This document shows, piece by piece, positions 1 to 10,472 of a stretch of DNA of 64,000 bases. Origin of the DNA: Candidatus Helarchaeota archaeon. GTDB taxonomy: Archaea > Asgardarchaeota > Lokiarchaeia > Helarchaeales > RDOG01. The notes under the pieces are model-generated. The model was not told where the DNA came from and searched no databases. It saw nothing but the letters and a program-made list of their open reading frames with translations. Where the stretch lies: assembly GCA_019058315.1 (NCBI GenBank), contig JAHPZH010000002.1, forward strand, positions 576,001-640,000, given 5' to 3'. Position 1 is the stretch's first letter, and each line of letters begins with the position of its first letter. A program made the position numbers and the translations under genes.

Positions 1-227
1 AAATTATATATTTCTCCATTAAAAATAACCCATACAGTTTCATCTTCATTATGCATTGGTTGACGACCTTTTTCACTTAAATCAATTATACTTAATCTCT
101 TATGGCCTAGAGTAATATTTTCATCATTATAAAATCCATCTTGGTCAGGTCCTCTATGATTTAAAAGATCTGTACTTTTTTTTATTAAATTTCTATCGTC
201 CCAATTAAATCCATTTATTCCACACAT
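1..227 (-). CDS. asnB: Asparagine synthase (glutamine-hydrolysing)-like amidotransferase, N-terminal part (runs off window start)
   Basis: Not in ORF track. Minus strand from ATG 227 reads MCGINGFNWDDRNLIKKSTDLLNHRGPDQDGF...HKRLSIIDLSEKGRQPMHNE, with the Ntn Cys2, HRGPD and RLSIID motifs. Confidence 0.92.
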   Translation of the reverse strand, partial: MCGINGFNWDDRNLIKKSTDLLNHRGPDQDGFYNDENITLGHKRLSIIDLSEKGRQPMHNEDETVWVIFNGEIYN

Positions 228-315
228 AACTTAATACTAACCTTAGTTAAGAATAAAAAATATTCGAAATTATCTATACTATTAAATCTCAAAATTATTA
301 TATTTTTCATTCTAA

Positions 316-1359
316 TTGCTATTTATGGATCATCAACAATCAAATAAAATTAAAATCTCCATTTTGATTTCAACTTATAATCGTGTTGAGGAATTAAAAA
401 GTTGTATAAATTCTATATTAGAAGTCGATTTCCCTAAAAATCATTACGAAATCTTAGTCGGTGATGGTGGGAGCACCGATTCCACATTTGAATTTATGTC
501 AAATTTGGTAAAAAAATCTGAAAAATTTCCTGATCAATTACCAATAATTAAATATTTTCGTAATAATAAAAATTTGGGGGCAATGGGAAATAGAATGACT
601 TCATTTCGTGTTGTAAAAGGTAAATATATGTGTGTTTTGGATTCAGATGCAACAGTTCCTAAAAATTGGTTGAAAAACATATATAATCATATGGAAAAAA
701 ATAAATTAGACGCATCTGGTGGATTAAATATTACAAATCCTAAAGAAGGACCAATTCTTGGTGCTGATGTAGGTTCAAATGGAATAATTCAACCTTGCTA
801 TCGCAAAAATGATCCTCTTTTTATAAGTACAGTTAATGCATTTTTTAATACAAGAACGTTAAGAAAAATGGGCGGATTGGATCCAATAATGGCGTATGGG
901 GGTGCGGACATGGAATTAGGGATTAGAGCTAGATTATTTGGTGCAAAAATTTCAGGAGAAATGAACACAATAGTAGATCATACTAGAAAACCTAAAGGAG
1001 AACACTTTAGAGCCCGTAAAAATATTGAAAAATTAACCTATTATCAATTATCAAGACATATTTATTTATTTCTTAAAAATTTTGAATGGAGATTTGGTAT
1101 AATCTTTTCCTTAAGAATATTTCTTTTCAAATCAATTCAATTAATGGGAGCATTAATTAAGAAAAATTTAGGTTACATTAAAGGTTATATAAAAGCGATT
1201 TTCTGGATATTATCTAATTTAGGAACAATAATTCTAAATCATAATAAAGTAAAGAGAAAAATTAAAAGTTTTAAAATTGTAAAAAAATACTATCATCCAA
1301 AACCAAGTCTTATTTCAATTTGTGTGAGAAATTACCGTTCTATATTTAAGAAATACTAA
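316..1359 (+). CDS. Glycosyltransferase family 2
   Basis: ISILISTYN...LVGDGGSTD...VLDSDA GT-A motifs. True start may be ATG 325. Confidence 0.9.
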   Translation: MLFMDHQQSNKIKISILISTYNRVEELKSCINSILEVDFPKNHYEILVGDGGSTDSTFEFMSNLVKKSEKFPDQLPIIKYFRNNKNLGAMGNRMTSFRVVKGKYMCVLDSDATVPKNWLKNIYNHMEKNKLDASGGLNITNPKEGPILGADVGSNGIIQPCYRKNDPLFISTVNAFFNTRTLRKMGGLDPIMAYGGADMELGIRARLFGAKISGEMNTIVDHTRKPKGEHFRARKNIEKLTYYQLSRHIYLFLKNFEWRFGIIFSLRIFLFKSIQLMGALIKKNLGYIKGYIKAIFWILSNLGTIILNHNKVKRKIKSFKIVKKYYHPKPSLISICVRNYRSIFKKY

Positions 1360-1456
1360 TTTTTTAAAATGAGAAATTTTGATTCATTTCTAATAAAGTA
1401 AAGAACAATAAATCACAAAAATTAAATATAAATAGCCCATTAAGAAGATTAGAAAA

Positions 1457-2515
1457 ATGAAATTACTTTTTAATACAGTAACTACAACTGGATACGAAAT
1501 AGATAAAAATTTTTACGAGACTTTCAAGGATTTGGGATTCGAAACAATTAAATTTAATTCAACTGAGCATAATATTAAGTTTGGGAAAAAAAAAACTGAT
1601 GAAATTTTAATAGAATTAGTAAACACCAATAAACCAGATGTAATTTTTACATTCTTAAATAAATACGAAATCTCAAAAAATACATTCAAAAAAATTAAAG
1701 CGAAATCAATTAGTCTTGCTTGGTTTGCAGATGATCACTGGCGGTATAATATTTATTCAAAATATATGGCACCTTTCTTTGATTACTGTTTAACAACTTC
1801 AAAAACAGCTTTTGAACATTACAAAAGAGATGGATTTGGTAATGTTATTAAAACTCAATGGGCAGCCAATCCACGTTATTATAAAAATCTTGATCTTGAA
1901 AAAATTTACGATGTTTCGTTTATTGGCTATAAATATGGAATACGTCCACATATTATTAATACAATTAAGAATAATAGAATAAATATTAAGGTCTTTGGAA
2001 AGGGATGGACTGAACTTCCAGTAAGAAAAAAAATAAATAAAAAAATTAAAGGTATTTTTAAAATAAATACCTTAAGAGAGCTATCATTTTTTGAACAAAT
2101 CTTAAATAAATTTCAAGTTACTTCGTTTTTTAAACCTCAAAAAGAAAATGAATCGAAGTTTATATCATTTTCAAAATTAGTTAGATTATATAATATATCA
2201 AAAATCAATTTAAATTTGGCAGAATCTTCAGCAAATGAAAAAATTTTACAGATTAAAGGTAGAAATTTTGAAATCCCGATGTGTGGGGGATTAATACTCA
2301 CAAAATATATACCTGAATTAACTGAATATTATGATATAGGTGAAGAAATTATCTGTTATGAAAATTTAAATGACTTAATTAATAAAATAAATTATTTTCT
2401 CAAACATGAAGAAGAAAGAGAAGATGTTGCTAAAAGAGGATATGAGAGATCAATTAAGGAACATACTTATGAAAAAAGATTTAAAACAATATTTAATGAG
2501 ATTGGTATTTTTTAA
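1457..2515 (+). CDS. CgeB/YkvP-like glycosyltransferase (GT-B, Glyco_trans_1_2)
   Basis: WFADD, YDVSFIG, KINLN, RNFEIPMCGG and EHTYEKR motifs. Confidence 0.85.
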   Translation: MKLLFNTVTTTGYEIDKNFYETFKDLGFETIKFNSTEHNIKFGKKKTDEILIELVNTNKPDVIFTFLNKYEISKNTFKKIKAKSISLAWFADDHWRYNIYSKYMAPFFDYCLTTSKTAFEHYKRDGFGNVIKTQWAANPRYYKNLDLEKIYDVSFIGYKYGIRPHIINTIKNNRINIKVFGKGWTELPVRKKINKKIKGIFKINTLRELSFFEQILNKFQVTSFFKPQKENESKFISFSKLVRLYNISKINLNLAESSANEKILQIKGRNFEIPMCGGLILTKYIPELTEYYDIGEEIICYENLNDLINKINYFLKHEEEREDVAKRGYERSIKEHTYEKRFKTIFNEIGIF

Positions 2516-2565
2516 TATCATTATAAATTGTCTAGTAATATATAAAAATTTAAACTTATGAATTA

Positions 2566-3753
2566 GTGAATGGAATGAGTATAATATTTTTCACTTACAA
2601 TTTAAATCTATTTAAATATTCTAATTTATATGATGGACTTATGTATCTCTCAAAATCTGCTAAAATACATATAATTGGTGGCGGATACATCCCCAAAGGG
2701 GTTAAAGTCCCAAAAAATATTATTATTCATTCAATAAAAAAACCAAGATTTAAAACAATGAAAAATCTTTTTTTTACAATAAAAATGTTATTTAAATCCT
2801 TAAAAATAATAAAGTCAAATAAAATTAATGTAATTTTTGTTCTTAATGATATTTTTCCTCAAATTTTAAGTTATTTTATATGCAAATTGACTAAAATTCC
2901 ATATTTTGTAGATTATAGGGGAAATGTTTCATATGAAAGAGAATTAGATCTTAAAAAATTTTCTTTCTTAAAAAAACTCATTCGTTTGTATTTAAATAGA
3001 TCATATGATGCGCTAGAAGATTTTACTCTAAAAAAAGCAAAAGCAGTAATTTGTAATAATCATTTATCAAAAAAATTATTATTAAGAAGATCTATTAATA
3101 ACGATAAATTGCATGTAATATGGCATGGAGTGAATCTAGAAAAATTTAATTCAAAAAAATATTCAGATAAGGAAAAATCCCTCTTAAAAACAAACCTTAA
3201 ATTAAAATCTGACGATTTTATTTACTTATTTATTGGAAGATTAGTACCAAATAAAGGTTTATTTTACCTTTTACGTGCAATGAAAGAATTAAAAGTAGAA
3301 TTTCCTAAAATAAAACTCTTAATTGTTGGTTATGGACCGCTGGAGAAAGAACTAAAAGAATTTGCTATAAAAAATGAAATTTTCGAAGTAAAATTTTTAG
3401 GTAAACAATCTCATGATAAGATTCCAATTTTTTATGCTATATCTAATAGTTTTGTATTACCAACATTAAGTGAAGGACTTCCTAATGTCGTCCTAGAAGC
3501 TATGGCTTCTGCCATTCCTGTAATTTCTACCAAGGTAGGTGATGTTCCTAGGTTAATTGGAAAATCAAAGAATGGTAATATTCTAATTGATTCAAGAGAT
3601 TTAGAACAATTAGTTAGTGGAATGAAACAATTTTACGAAAACAGAAACGATCTAACACAAATTGGAAGAAATAATAGAGAATTTATTTTAAATAATATTA
3701 GTTGGAAACATTTTGCTATTAAATTAATAAAACTATTTAAATTTTCTTCATAA
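2566..3753 (+). CDS. Glycosyltransferase family 4
   Basis: FIGRLVPNKG and EGLPNVVLEAMA (E-x7-E) motifs. Confidence 0.92.
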   Translation: MNGMSIIFFTYNLNLFKYSNLYDGLMYLSKSAKIHIIGGGYIPKGVKVPKNIIIHSIKKPRFKTMKNLFFTIKMLFKSLKIIKSNKINVIFVLNDIFPQILSYFICKLTKIPYFVDYRGNVSYERELDLKKFSFLKKLIRLYLNRSYDALEDFTLKKAKAVICNNHLSKKLLLRRSINNDKLHVIWHGVNLEKFNSKKYSDKEKSLLKTNLKLKSDDFIYLFIGRLVPNKGLFYLLRAMKELKVEFPKIKLLIVGYGPLEKELKEFAIKNEIFEVKFLGKQSHDKIPIFYAISNSFVLPTLSEGLPNVVLEAMASAIPVISTKVGDVPRLIGKSKNGNILIDSRDLEQLVSGMKQFYENRNDLTQIGRNNREFILNNISWKHFAIKLIKLFKFSS

Positions 3754-3767
3754 TAAAAGATATGATC

Positions 3768-4577
3768 TTATAAAATCCTCTTAGAAATAAAATTACGAAT
3801 TCTATCTATTTGTCTCCGAGCAATAATCTTTTTGGTCTCTTTAAATCTAGGCAATTTAATAATTCGAGCTTCTATATAACCAATCAAAGTAGAAATAATT
3901 TCTGGTAATGTAAATGGATTTCTTATCAGTTTAAAAAGAAGATGTAAAATTGTAAAACCGAAAGGAAAACATAATTGATATCTAGCCCAACCCTTTCTAA
4001 TTCCTTGATTAATATATTTACGAGATCTAAAAGGTCGCATCTCATATGCAATTGCTTTTTTATTAGCAATTACTTCAAAACCTTTTTTTTCAATTAACAA
4101 ATCTTGATATGTATCAAAACCAATCAAATCCTTACATCTAACCTCTTTCAATAATTGAGTTCTAATTAATCTACAACCTCCTAAAAAGGTCTGATAATTT
4201 GGAATTCCAAAAATTCCTTTAGTAATACAGGTTCCACTTACAACTCCTATTTTAGGATTCTTAATACTTTTTATCATATTTTTCATGAAATTATTAGTCA
4301 GATAAAGATCCGCATCACATAGAAAAGTATATAATCCATTTAATTCATCGATTCCAAAATTAATGACTTCAGCTCTAGGATTTGACCATTTTTTAAAATT
4401 CTTCTCAAGAACTCGAATATTATTTTTTTTTGCAATATTTATTGTTCTATCAGTACACCTATCTGCTACAAGAATTACTTCTTTAATGCCAACTTGATTA
4501 ATGACGCTTTTTAAACAAATATTTAAGGTTTTTTCTTCGTTATGTGCTGGAATTAAAACGCTTACTTCTTTTTGCAA
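3768..4577 (-). CDS. Glycosyltransferase family 2
   Basis: VLIPAHNEE, ADRCTDRT and CDAD (DxD) motifs. Confidence 0.9.
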   Translation of the reverse strand: MQKEVSVLIPAHNEEKTLNICLKSVINQVGIKEVILVADRCTDRTINIAKKNNIRVLEKNFKKWSNPRAEVINFGIDELNGLYTFLCDADLYLTNNFMKNMIKSIKNPKIGVVSGTCITKGIFGIPNYQTFLGGCRLIRTQLLKEVRCKDLIGFDTYQDLLIEKKGFEVIANKKAIAYEMRPFRSRKYINQGIRKGWARYQLCFPFGFTILHLLFKLIRNPFTLPEIISTLIGYIEARIIKLPRFKETKKIIARRQIDRIRNFISKRIL

Positions 4578-4644
4578 AGAGAATACCCTAAATAGTTAAT
4601 AAGATTTAAAAATATTTGAAATTATGTGGAATATCTTATAAATT

Positions 4645-4962
4645 TTAAGATATTTTAATTGATTCAATAAATTCCCGTAATTCATTTATGGATTTAGCCG
4701 CAATTTCTTTCTTAATTATTTTGCCATTTTTAAAAATTATATAAGTGGGAACTCCTTCTATATTATATTTTGAAGCAATAGCTGGATTTCTATCAACATT
4801 AATTTTTCCAATTTTCACTTTTCCCTGATATTCAATTTCTAATTTTTTTATAGCAGGTTCAATCATTTTACATGGAGGACACCATGAGGCCCAAAAGTCA
4901 ACAAACACTGGTATATCTGATTCTATGACCTCTCTTTTAAAGTTTTTAGTTGTAAATTCCAT
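4645..4962 (-). CDS. trxA: Thioredoxin
   Basis: VDFWASWCPPCK active site; GVPT cis-Pro motif; 105 aa. Confidence 0.95.
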   Translation of the reverse strand: MEFTTKNFKREVIESDIPVFVDFWASWCPPCKMIEPAIKKLEIEYQGKVKIGKINVDRNPAIASKYNIEGVPTYIIFKNGKIIKKEIAAKSINELREFIESIKIS

Positions 4963-5038
4963 AAGTAATCATTAACATGCTTTTATACTAAATTTCAACA
5001 AATTTTTTAATTATTCTATAAAAATATCATTTTAAAGT

Positions 5039-6565
5039 TCATTCATTACGTTCTTCTGTGATAAGTTTTGGTTCATAACCTTTTAGTTCTTTAGTTCCTG
5101 GCTTATAAACTTCTAAAGTCTCTACTTGTTTCTTATCTCCACTCCACCACGTTTCAGGTAAAATTAAATGTGCCTTTTCTTCAATTTTTTTCCTAATTGG
5201 TTCTTGAGTTAATAATTGAAACATTCTTGTTATTTCCTTTTCTAAACTTACTTTAGGTTTGAATCCAAATGTATTAGGTAATTTTTGAGATACGACATTA
5301 AAAGGGTGCTTTTCAGCTTCTACTCTAGGGTTTTCTACTCTTTGAATTTTTACATCTATTCCAAATTTTTCCTTTCCTACCTTCGCAACAGTTTCTGCTA
5401 ATTCTCTTATTTTATAAAGTCCGGAAACTTGATTTACTACATCATATTGACCCGGTTCCGGAGGAGAGATTATCAATCTTGTCATACACTCCATAGCATC
5501 TTCAAGAGCTATAAAACCTCTAATTTGTTCACCTTTGCCGTATATAGTCAGAGGAAATCCCATTACCGCTTGGGCTACAAATCGATTGACTACTGTTCCA
5601 AACCATTCGTCTATATCAAGCCTGGTTCTGAGTTTTTCATCAGCAGCCACTTGTTCTGTATGAACTCCATAAATTACTCCTTGCATAACATCATAAGATC
5701 GAAGCCACCAATATTTACAAGCTTCATAAATATTAAATGTATCTTGAACTTTACTCACATGGTAAAAACTCACAGGATCTCTTGGGGTTAATTCTCCTCC
5801 CAAACTCCATTCTGTATTATTCCAATTTAGAACTGCTTCTCCAGGAAAGATTCCTTCAAAAAGAGCTCTTCCAGTTAATGGGCTACCATATTCGCCTAAT
5901 GTGCCCAATTTTATTAAGCTAGTTTCTGGTACAATTTCTTTCATTAAAAATAATAATCCGAGGGTTCCTATTACATTATTTGTTTGAACTTTTATTGCAT
6001 GATCACAATCTACCATACTATAAGGGGCGCTAGGACATTCTGCATAATGAACTATAGCCTCTGGTTTAACTTCATCTAAAAAATTTCTTAATTCTTTTCT
6101 ATCTAAAATATCAATCTCTTTAAATTTTATTTCTATACCTAATATTTCCTTTGCTGCCTTAATTCTTTCATGAATATTATTAATTGGGATTACACTATGA
6201 GAATCCTTTTCATCAACACAATTTCTTCTAAAAAAGTTATCAATACCGCTGATTTTACAACCCAAACTACCTAATTTAAGTGCCAATGTCCATCCTAAAT
6301 ATCCATCAATTCCAAGGATCATAATTCGCATATTTTTTAACATATATCCATATTCTGTCAGTTGCCACTCTGTACATTGTTCTAATGTAATCGAAGGTTC
6401 ATAGAGACCCAAATCAGGTCTACGTTCACATTCGATCATTATACTCTGTTCGCCATCTACAAATTTTGGTTCAATGGATTGACCACATGCTCTAAAATCC
6501 ACATGACCTTTAAATATTGCTGCTGGACAATTCCAACAAGTTTTATTTGCATTTTTTGCTTTCAA
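5039..6565 (-). CDS. sqdB: UDP-sulfoquinovose synthase (SqdB/Agl3) with a ~78-aa Cys-rich N-terminal extension
   Basis: GIDGYLG, HYAECPSAPYSM, KLGTLGEYG, YHVSKVQD, QGVIYG, FGTVVNRF and NPRVE match SQD1/Agl3 signatures. Confidence 0.9.
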   Translation of the reverse strand: MKAKNANKTCWNCPAAIFKGHVDFRACGQSIEPKFVDGEQSIMIECERRPDLGLYEPSITLEQCTEWQLTEYGYMLKNMRIMILGIDGYLGWTLALKLGSLGCKISGIDNFFRRNCVDEKDSHSVIPINNIHERIKAAKEILGIEIKFKEIDILDRKELRNFLDEVKPEAIVHYAECPSAPYSMVDCDHAIKVQTNNVIGTLGLLFLMKEIVPETSLIKLGTLGEYGSPLTGRALFEGIFPGEAVLNWNNTEWSLGGELTPRDPVSFYHVSKVQDTFNIYEACKYWWLRSYDVMQGVIYGVHTEQVAADEKLRTRLDIDEWFGTVVNRFVAQAVMGFPLTIYGKGEQIRGFIALEDAMECMTRLIISPPEPGQYDVVNQVSGLYKIRELAETVAKVGKEKFGIDVKIQRVENPRVEAEKHPFNVVSQKLPNTFGFKPKVSLEKEITRMFQLLTQEPIRKKIEEKAHLILPETWWSGDKKQVETLEVYKPGTKELKGYEPKLITEERNE

Positions 6566-6568
6566 TTT

Positions 6569-7852
6569 TTATACGCCATATAATCTATTCATAATAGGAA
6601 CCACATCTTCCACAGAAGGATTCTTCGGTACAGACTCTATATTATTTTTTCCTTTAATTAATAAAAATGCATTATCGTAAGAATGTTTTCCAGTATAAAT
6701 ATCACTTTCAAAAATCTCCTCTCTATGAAGATTTCCTCTTAAATTATATCCCTTATTCGATAATAAAACTAGATCAGGTGCATTTTTCAAATAGGGACCT
6801 TTGTATATTTCATGATTTGTAAATATTCTGTTAATAACTTTATCCTGACTATATTTCAATCTTTTAAATGAACTAATAATATCTTTAATTAAATCTTCTG
6901 CTTCACTAGGTGTTACACATCCTTTTGGATATTTTCCTTCTTTATTAAGATAAATTCTGGAAGGAAATAAACAAAATGCTCGAGTTCCTTCTTTGATGTT
7001 GTTAAACTTTTTTTTAGGTTCATTTCCTAGTTTTAAAAATCCTTCTTGAACTAGATGAGTGTTTAAATTTACATTTAATTTTGTATTTTCCATACCATGG
7101 TCTGATATCATGATCAAAATATCATTTTTATTCAATTGCTCTTTTATTTCTCCAATTACAGAATCAATTCTTATAAAAAATTCCAAAAACTTTGCATGAA
7201 ATTCATGTTCTTTGTTTTCATAAGCAGTCCATAGGAAGTGTTCTAATCTATCACTTCCTGTAAATACTAACATAAAATAGTCCCATTCAATTTCTTTCCA
7301 AAGAAATCTATATAGTTTAATACGATTTTCGAGGGTTTTGAATAAATACTTAAAAAATAAAGAGAGAGATTTATGTGCTGTGCTTGAATCTACATCGACT
7401 TGATAATTTAAATTTTTAAGTTTAGTAATGTATGAAGCAGGATATACAGATTTTTCTAAATCTGGTGAAACAAATCCAGAAACTAAAAATCCATTAAGTT
7501 TTTGAGCAGGGTATGTCATTGGAACATTTAAAATGACATATTTCTTCTGTTCATCTTTTTGCCAAAATGGTTGAGCTTTTAATTTTAAAATATTTGTAAA
7601 AGAAAGTGTATATGTTCCCTCAATTATATTTGTAAATCCAAAAATACTATGTTCACCTGGATTTTTTCCTGTAATTATGGAACTCCAAGAAACAGACGAT
7701 TCCTCAGGTAATGAGGAATACATTTTTTTAAAAATTCCCTCATCCTTCAATTTTTTAAAATTTGGCATTATGTCTCTATTTGAAAGATCCTCCAATAAAT
7801 CATAGGGAACTCCATCAATCCCAATTATAATGACTCTCTTTTTATTTTTCAA
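6569..7852 (-). CDS. Alkaline-phosphatase-superfamily nucleotide pyrophosphatase/phosphodiesterase-like protein
   Basis: IIGIDG, SSVSWSSIITGKNPGEHSIFGF, DRLEH, SDHG and TGKH metal-ligand motifs. Confidence 0.88.
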   Translation of the reverse strand: MKNKKRVIIIGIDGVPYDLLEDLSNRDIMPNFKKLKDEGIFKKMYSSLPEESSVSWSSIITGKNPGEHSIFGFTNIIEGTYTLSFTNILKLKAQPFWQKDEQKKYVILNVPMTYPAQKLNGFLVSGFVSPDLEKSVYPASYITKLKNLNYQVDVDSSTAHKSLSLFFKYLFKTLENRIKLYRFLWKEIEWDYFMLVFTGSDRLEHFLWTAYENKEHEFHAKFLEFFIRIDSVIGEIKEQLNKNDILIMISDHGMENTKLNVNLNTHLVQEGFLKLGNEPKKKFNNIKEGTRAFCLFPSRIYLNKEGKYPKGCVTPSEAEDLIKDIISSFKRLKYSQDKVINRIFTNHEIYKGPYLKNAPDLVLLSNKGYNLRGNLHREEIFESDIYTGKHSYDNAFLLIKGKNNIESVPKNPSVEDVVPIMNRLYGV

Positions 7853-7987
7853 TTTTCTTACTCAAACGAATTAGTTGATTTAAAAAATTAATAGAAAATA
7901 TATATATGTTTTTTAATTAAAGAATTTCATTTATAGCATTTTTAGATGAAATTTAAAATCAATTAAAAAAAAATATAAGGAAATATT

Positions 7988-8923
7988 ATGAAAATTTTAA
8001 TAACGGGTATATTGGGATATATAGGTTCAAGATTGGCTATATTAACAAGGGATAAACACGAAATTACGGGAATAGACAATGGATATGCTGCACAAATAAG
8101 TAAAATAGATGGTATAGATCTATATAATCTGGATATAAGAGACCATAAAAAAATTGAGTCTATAGCTTCTAAATTAGACTTAATAGTGCATCTTGCTGCC
8201 ATTAGTGGAGTAGATACTTGTAAAAAAAATCCTTTATTAGCTCATGATGTAAATACTCTGGCAACCATAAATTTAGCTTGGATTTGTAGACAGAATCAAA
8301 TACCTTTAATTTTTCCAACGAGTATGGCGATGTTAGGGGATCCAGTTAAATTTCCAATAGATGAAAAACATCCTAGAAAACCAAAAAATATCTATGGTTA
8401 TACTAAATATATTGCTGAGCAAAATATTAATCTCTATGCCCAAAATAGTTTCCCTGCTATTATGTTTATGACGAGTAATATATATGGACACCATATAATC
8501 GATGGAAAATTAATTTTGAAAAATACTGTTATAAATAAATTCATTGGATTGGCAAAAAATGGCAAACCTCTAACAGTTTACAGTCCAGGAACTCAAGCAA
8601 GAGATTTCCTACATTTAGAAGACACCGTTAGAGCTTATATAGATGTTATTAATAAAATTAATGAGTTTAAAAATGAGGCTTTAACTATGACACTTGCAAG
8701 CGGAAAAAGTACACAAATGAATGATATTGCTGAAATTATTTTCAATGAAGCACAAAAACGAGGTTATAAAACAAAAATAAATCTGATTAAAAATCCTCGA
8801 AATAATGAAACCTTAACTGATAATTTTAAAATTAATATTAGTAAGATTGAAGAATTGATTAATTTTAAACCCATGTTTACTATCCAAAGTGGAATAAAGG
8901 AAATTTTTGATTTAAAATATTAA
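7988..8923 (+). CDS. NAD-dependent nucleotide-sugar epimerase/dehydratase
   Basis: TGILGYIG, HLAAISG, YGYTK (YxxxK) and RDFLH motifs. Confidence 0.9.
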   Translation: MKILITGILGYIGSRLAILTRDKHEITGIDNGYAAQISKIDGIDLYNLDIRDHKKIESIASKLDLIVHLAAISGVDTCKKNPLLAHDVNTLATINLAWICRQNQIPLIFPTSMAMLGDPVKFPIDEKHPRKPKNIYGYTKYIAEQNINLYAQNSFPAIMFMTSNIYGHHIIDGKLILKNTVINKFIGLAKNGKPLTVYSPGTQARDFLHLEDTVRAYIDVINKINEFKNEALTMTLASGKSTQMNDIAEIIFNEAQKRGYKTKINLIKNPRNNETLTDNFKINISKIEELINFKPMFTIQSGIKEIFDLKY

Positions 8924-9043
8924 AAAATTTTTATTTTAATTAAAATTGTGTTCATAATTCTCTCATATTATTATATTATCGATTTTCTATCAAAAAATAT
9001 TAAATCATTAATTAATTGATATGGTCAAGACAGGTGATTTAAA

Positions 9044-10414
9044 TTGAATTTAATGGAATTTTCCGAGGATCAAGTAAAAAAAGCTATAAAAAATGGACAA
9101 ATTACTATTTCAGTTATCGGTTTAGGTAGAATTGGTCTGCCGACTGCAGTTCTTTTTGCTGAAAGTGGAGCAAATGTTATTGGTGTTGATATAGACCCAA
9201 AATTAATAGAATTATTAAAAGATGGTAAAAATGAATTAGATGAACCAAGTTTAGACGAATTAATTAAAAAAAATATTAAAAATGGGAAATTAAAAATAAG
9301 TTTGGATTTAAAATTTACAATAAAAAATTCCCAAGTTATTATTATATGTGTTCCTACCTCAATTAATAAAAATCATTCAGCAAATTATTCAATTATTAAA
9401 AAAGTTATCGAAGATCTTTCTGGGATCATAATTCCAAATCAAATAATCATCATAGAAAGTACAATCTCACCAGGTATGGTCGAAAATTATATGATTCCTG
9501 TACTAGAAAGAGGGTCAAAACTGAAGTGTGGTAAAGATTTTTTTATTGCAAGCTGTCCAGAAAGAGCTAATCCTGGAAATATTATAAAAACTTTTAAAAA
9601 TACTCCCAGAATAATTGGTGGAATTACTCAAAAATGCACAAATATTGCTAGTGCAATATATTCTTCGGTTATTGATTCTGAAATTATCAAAACGACCAAT
9701 CCAAAAACTGCTAATGCAGTAAAATTAACAGAAAATATTTTTAGAGACATAAATATAGCATTGATGAATGAATTGGCAATTCTTTATGAAAAACTTGAAA
9801 TAAATATTTTTGATGTTATTAAAGCCTCATCGACCAAATGGAATTTTATTCCACATTATCCAGGTCCTGGAGTAGGTGGCTCTTGTCTTCCTGTTAACCC
9901 CTATTATTTAATTGATGAGGCTAAAAAAGTTGGGTACGAATTAAATTTGATTCTTATGGCTAGAGAAATTAATGAACAAATGCCAGAACATATTGTTCAA
10001 TTGATAGGTAAGAGCCTAGAGATTGCAAAGAAATCTATTAAAAACTCAAATATATGTATACTAGGCTTATCTTATAAACCTGATATAAAGGATATACAAT
10101 TATCTCCCGCAATTTCCATTATAAATAAATTAAAACATCTCGAAGCTAAAATAAGACTATTTGATCCTTATTTTAAAAATCAAAATATTTTAGATATTAA
10201 GGTTAATAGTTCACTAGAAAATGCTGTAAAAGATGCGGATTGTTTGGTTATAGTAACTAAACATAAATTAATTAGTAATATTAATCTCCAAAATATTCAA
10301 AAATTAACTAAGAGTCCACTAATTATTGTTGATGGAAGAAAAACTTTTAATTCTGAAAATTTACCAAATAAAACTATTTATCAATGTGTTGGTTGTCCAC
10401 TTATTATATCTTAA
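9044..10414 (+). CDS. Nucleotide-sugar dehydrogenase, UDP-N-acetyl-hexosamine (WecC/WbpA-like)
   Basis: GLGRIGLP, ESTISPG, CPERANPG, KLTENIFRDINIA, GVGGSCLP and GLSYKPD motifs. Confidence 0.88.
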   Translation: MNLMEFSEDQVKKAIKNGQITISVIGLGRIGLPTAVLFAESGANVIGVDIDPKLIELLKDGKNELDEPSLDELIKKNIKNGKLKISLDLKFTIKNSQVIIICVPTSINKNHSANYSIIKKVIEDLSGIIIPNQIIIIESTISPGMVENYMIPVLERGSKLKCGKDFFIASCPERANPGNIIKTFKNTPRIIGGITQKCTNIASAIYSSVIDSEIIKTTNPKTANAVKLTENIFRDINIALMNELAILYEKLEINIFDVIKASSTKWNFIPHYPGPGVGGSCLPVNPYYLIDEAKKVGYELNLILMAREINEQMPEHIVQLIGKSLEIAKKSIKNSNICILGLSYKPDIKDIQLSPAISIINKLKHLEAKIRLFDPYFKNQNILDIKVNSSLENAVKDADCLVIVTKHKLISNINLQNIQKLTKSPLIIVDGRKTFNSENLPNKTIYQCVGCPLIIS

Positions 10415-10472
10415 AACATCTATGGAATATTTTTACTTTGAATTGGATGTAAATTTCTTTTTTAATAATTAA

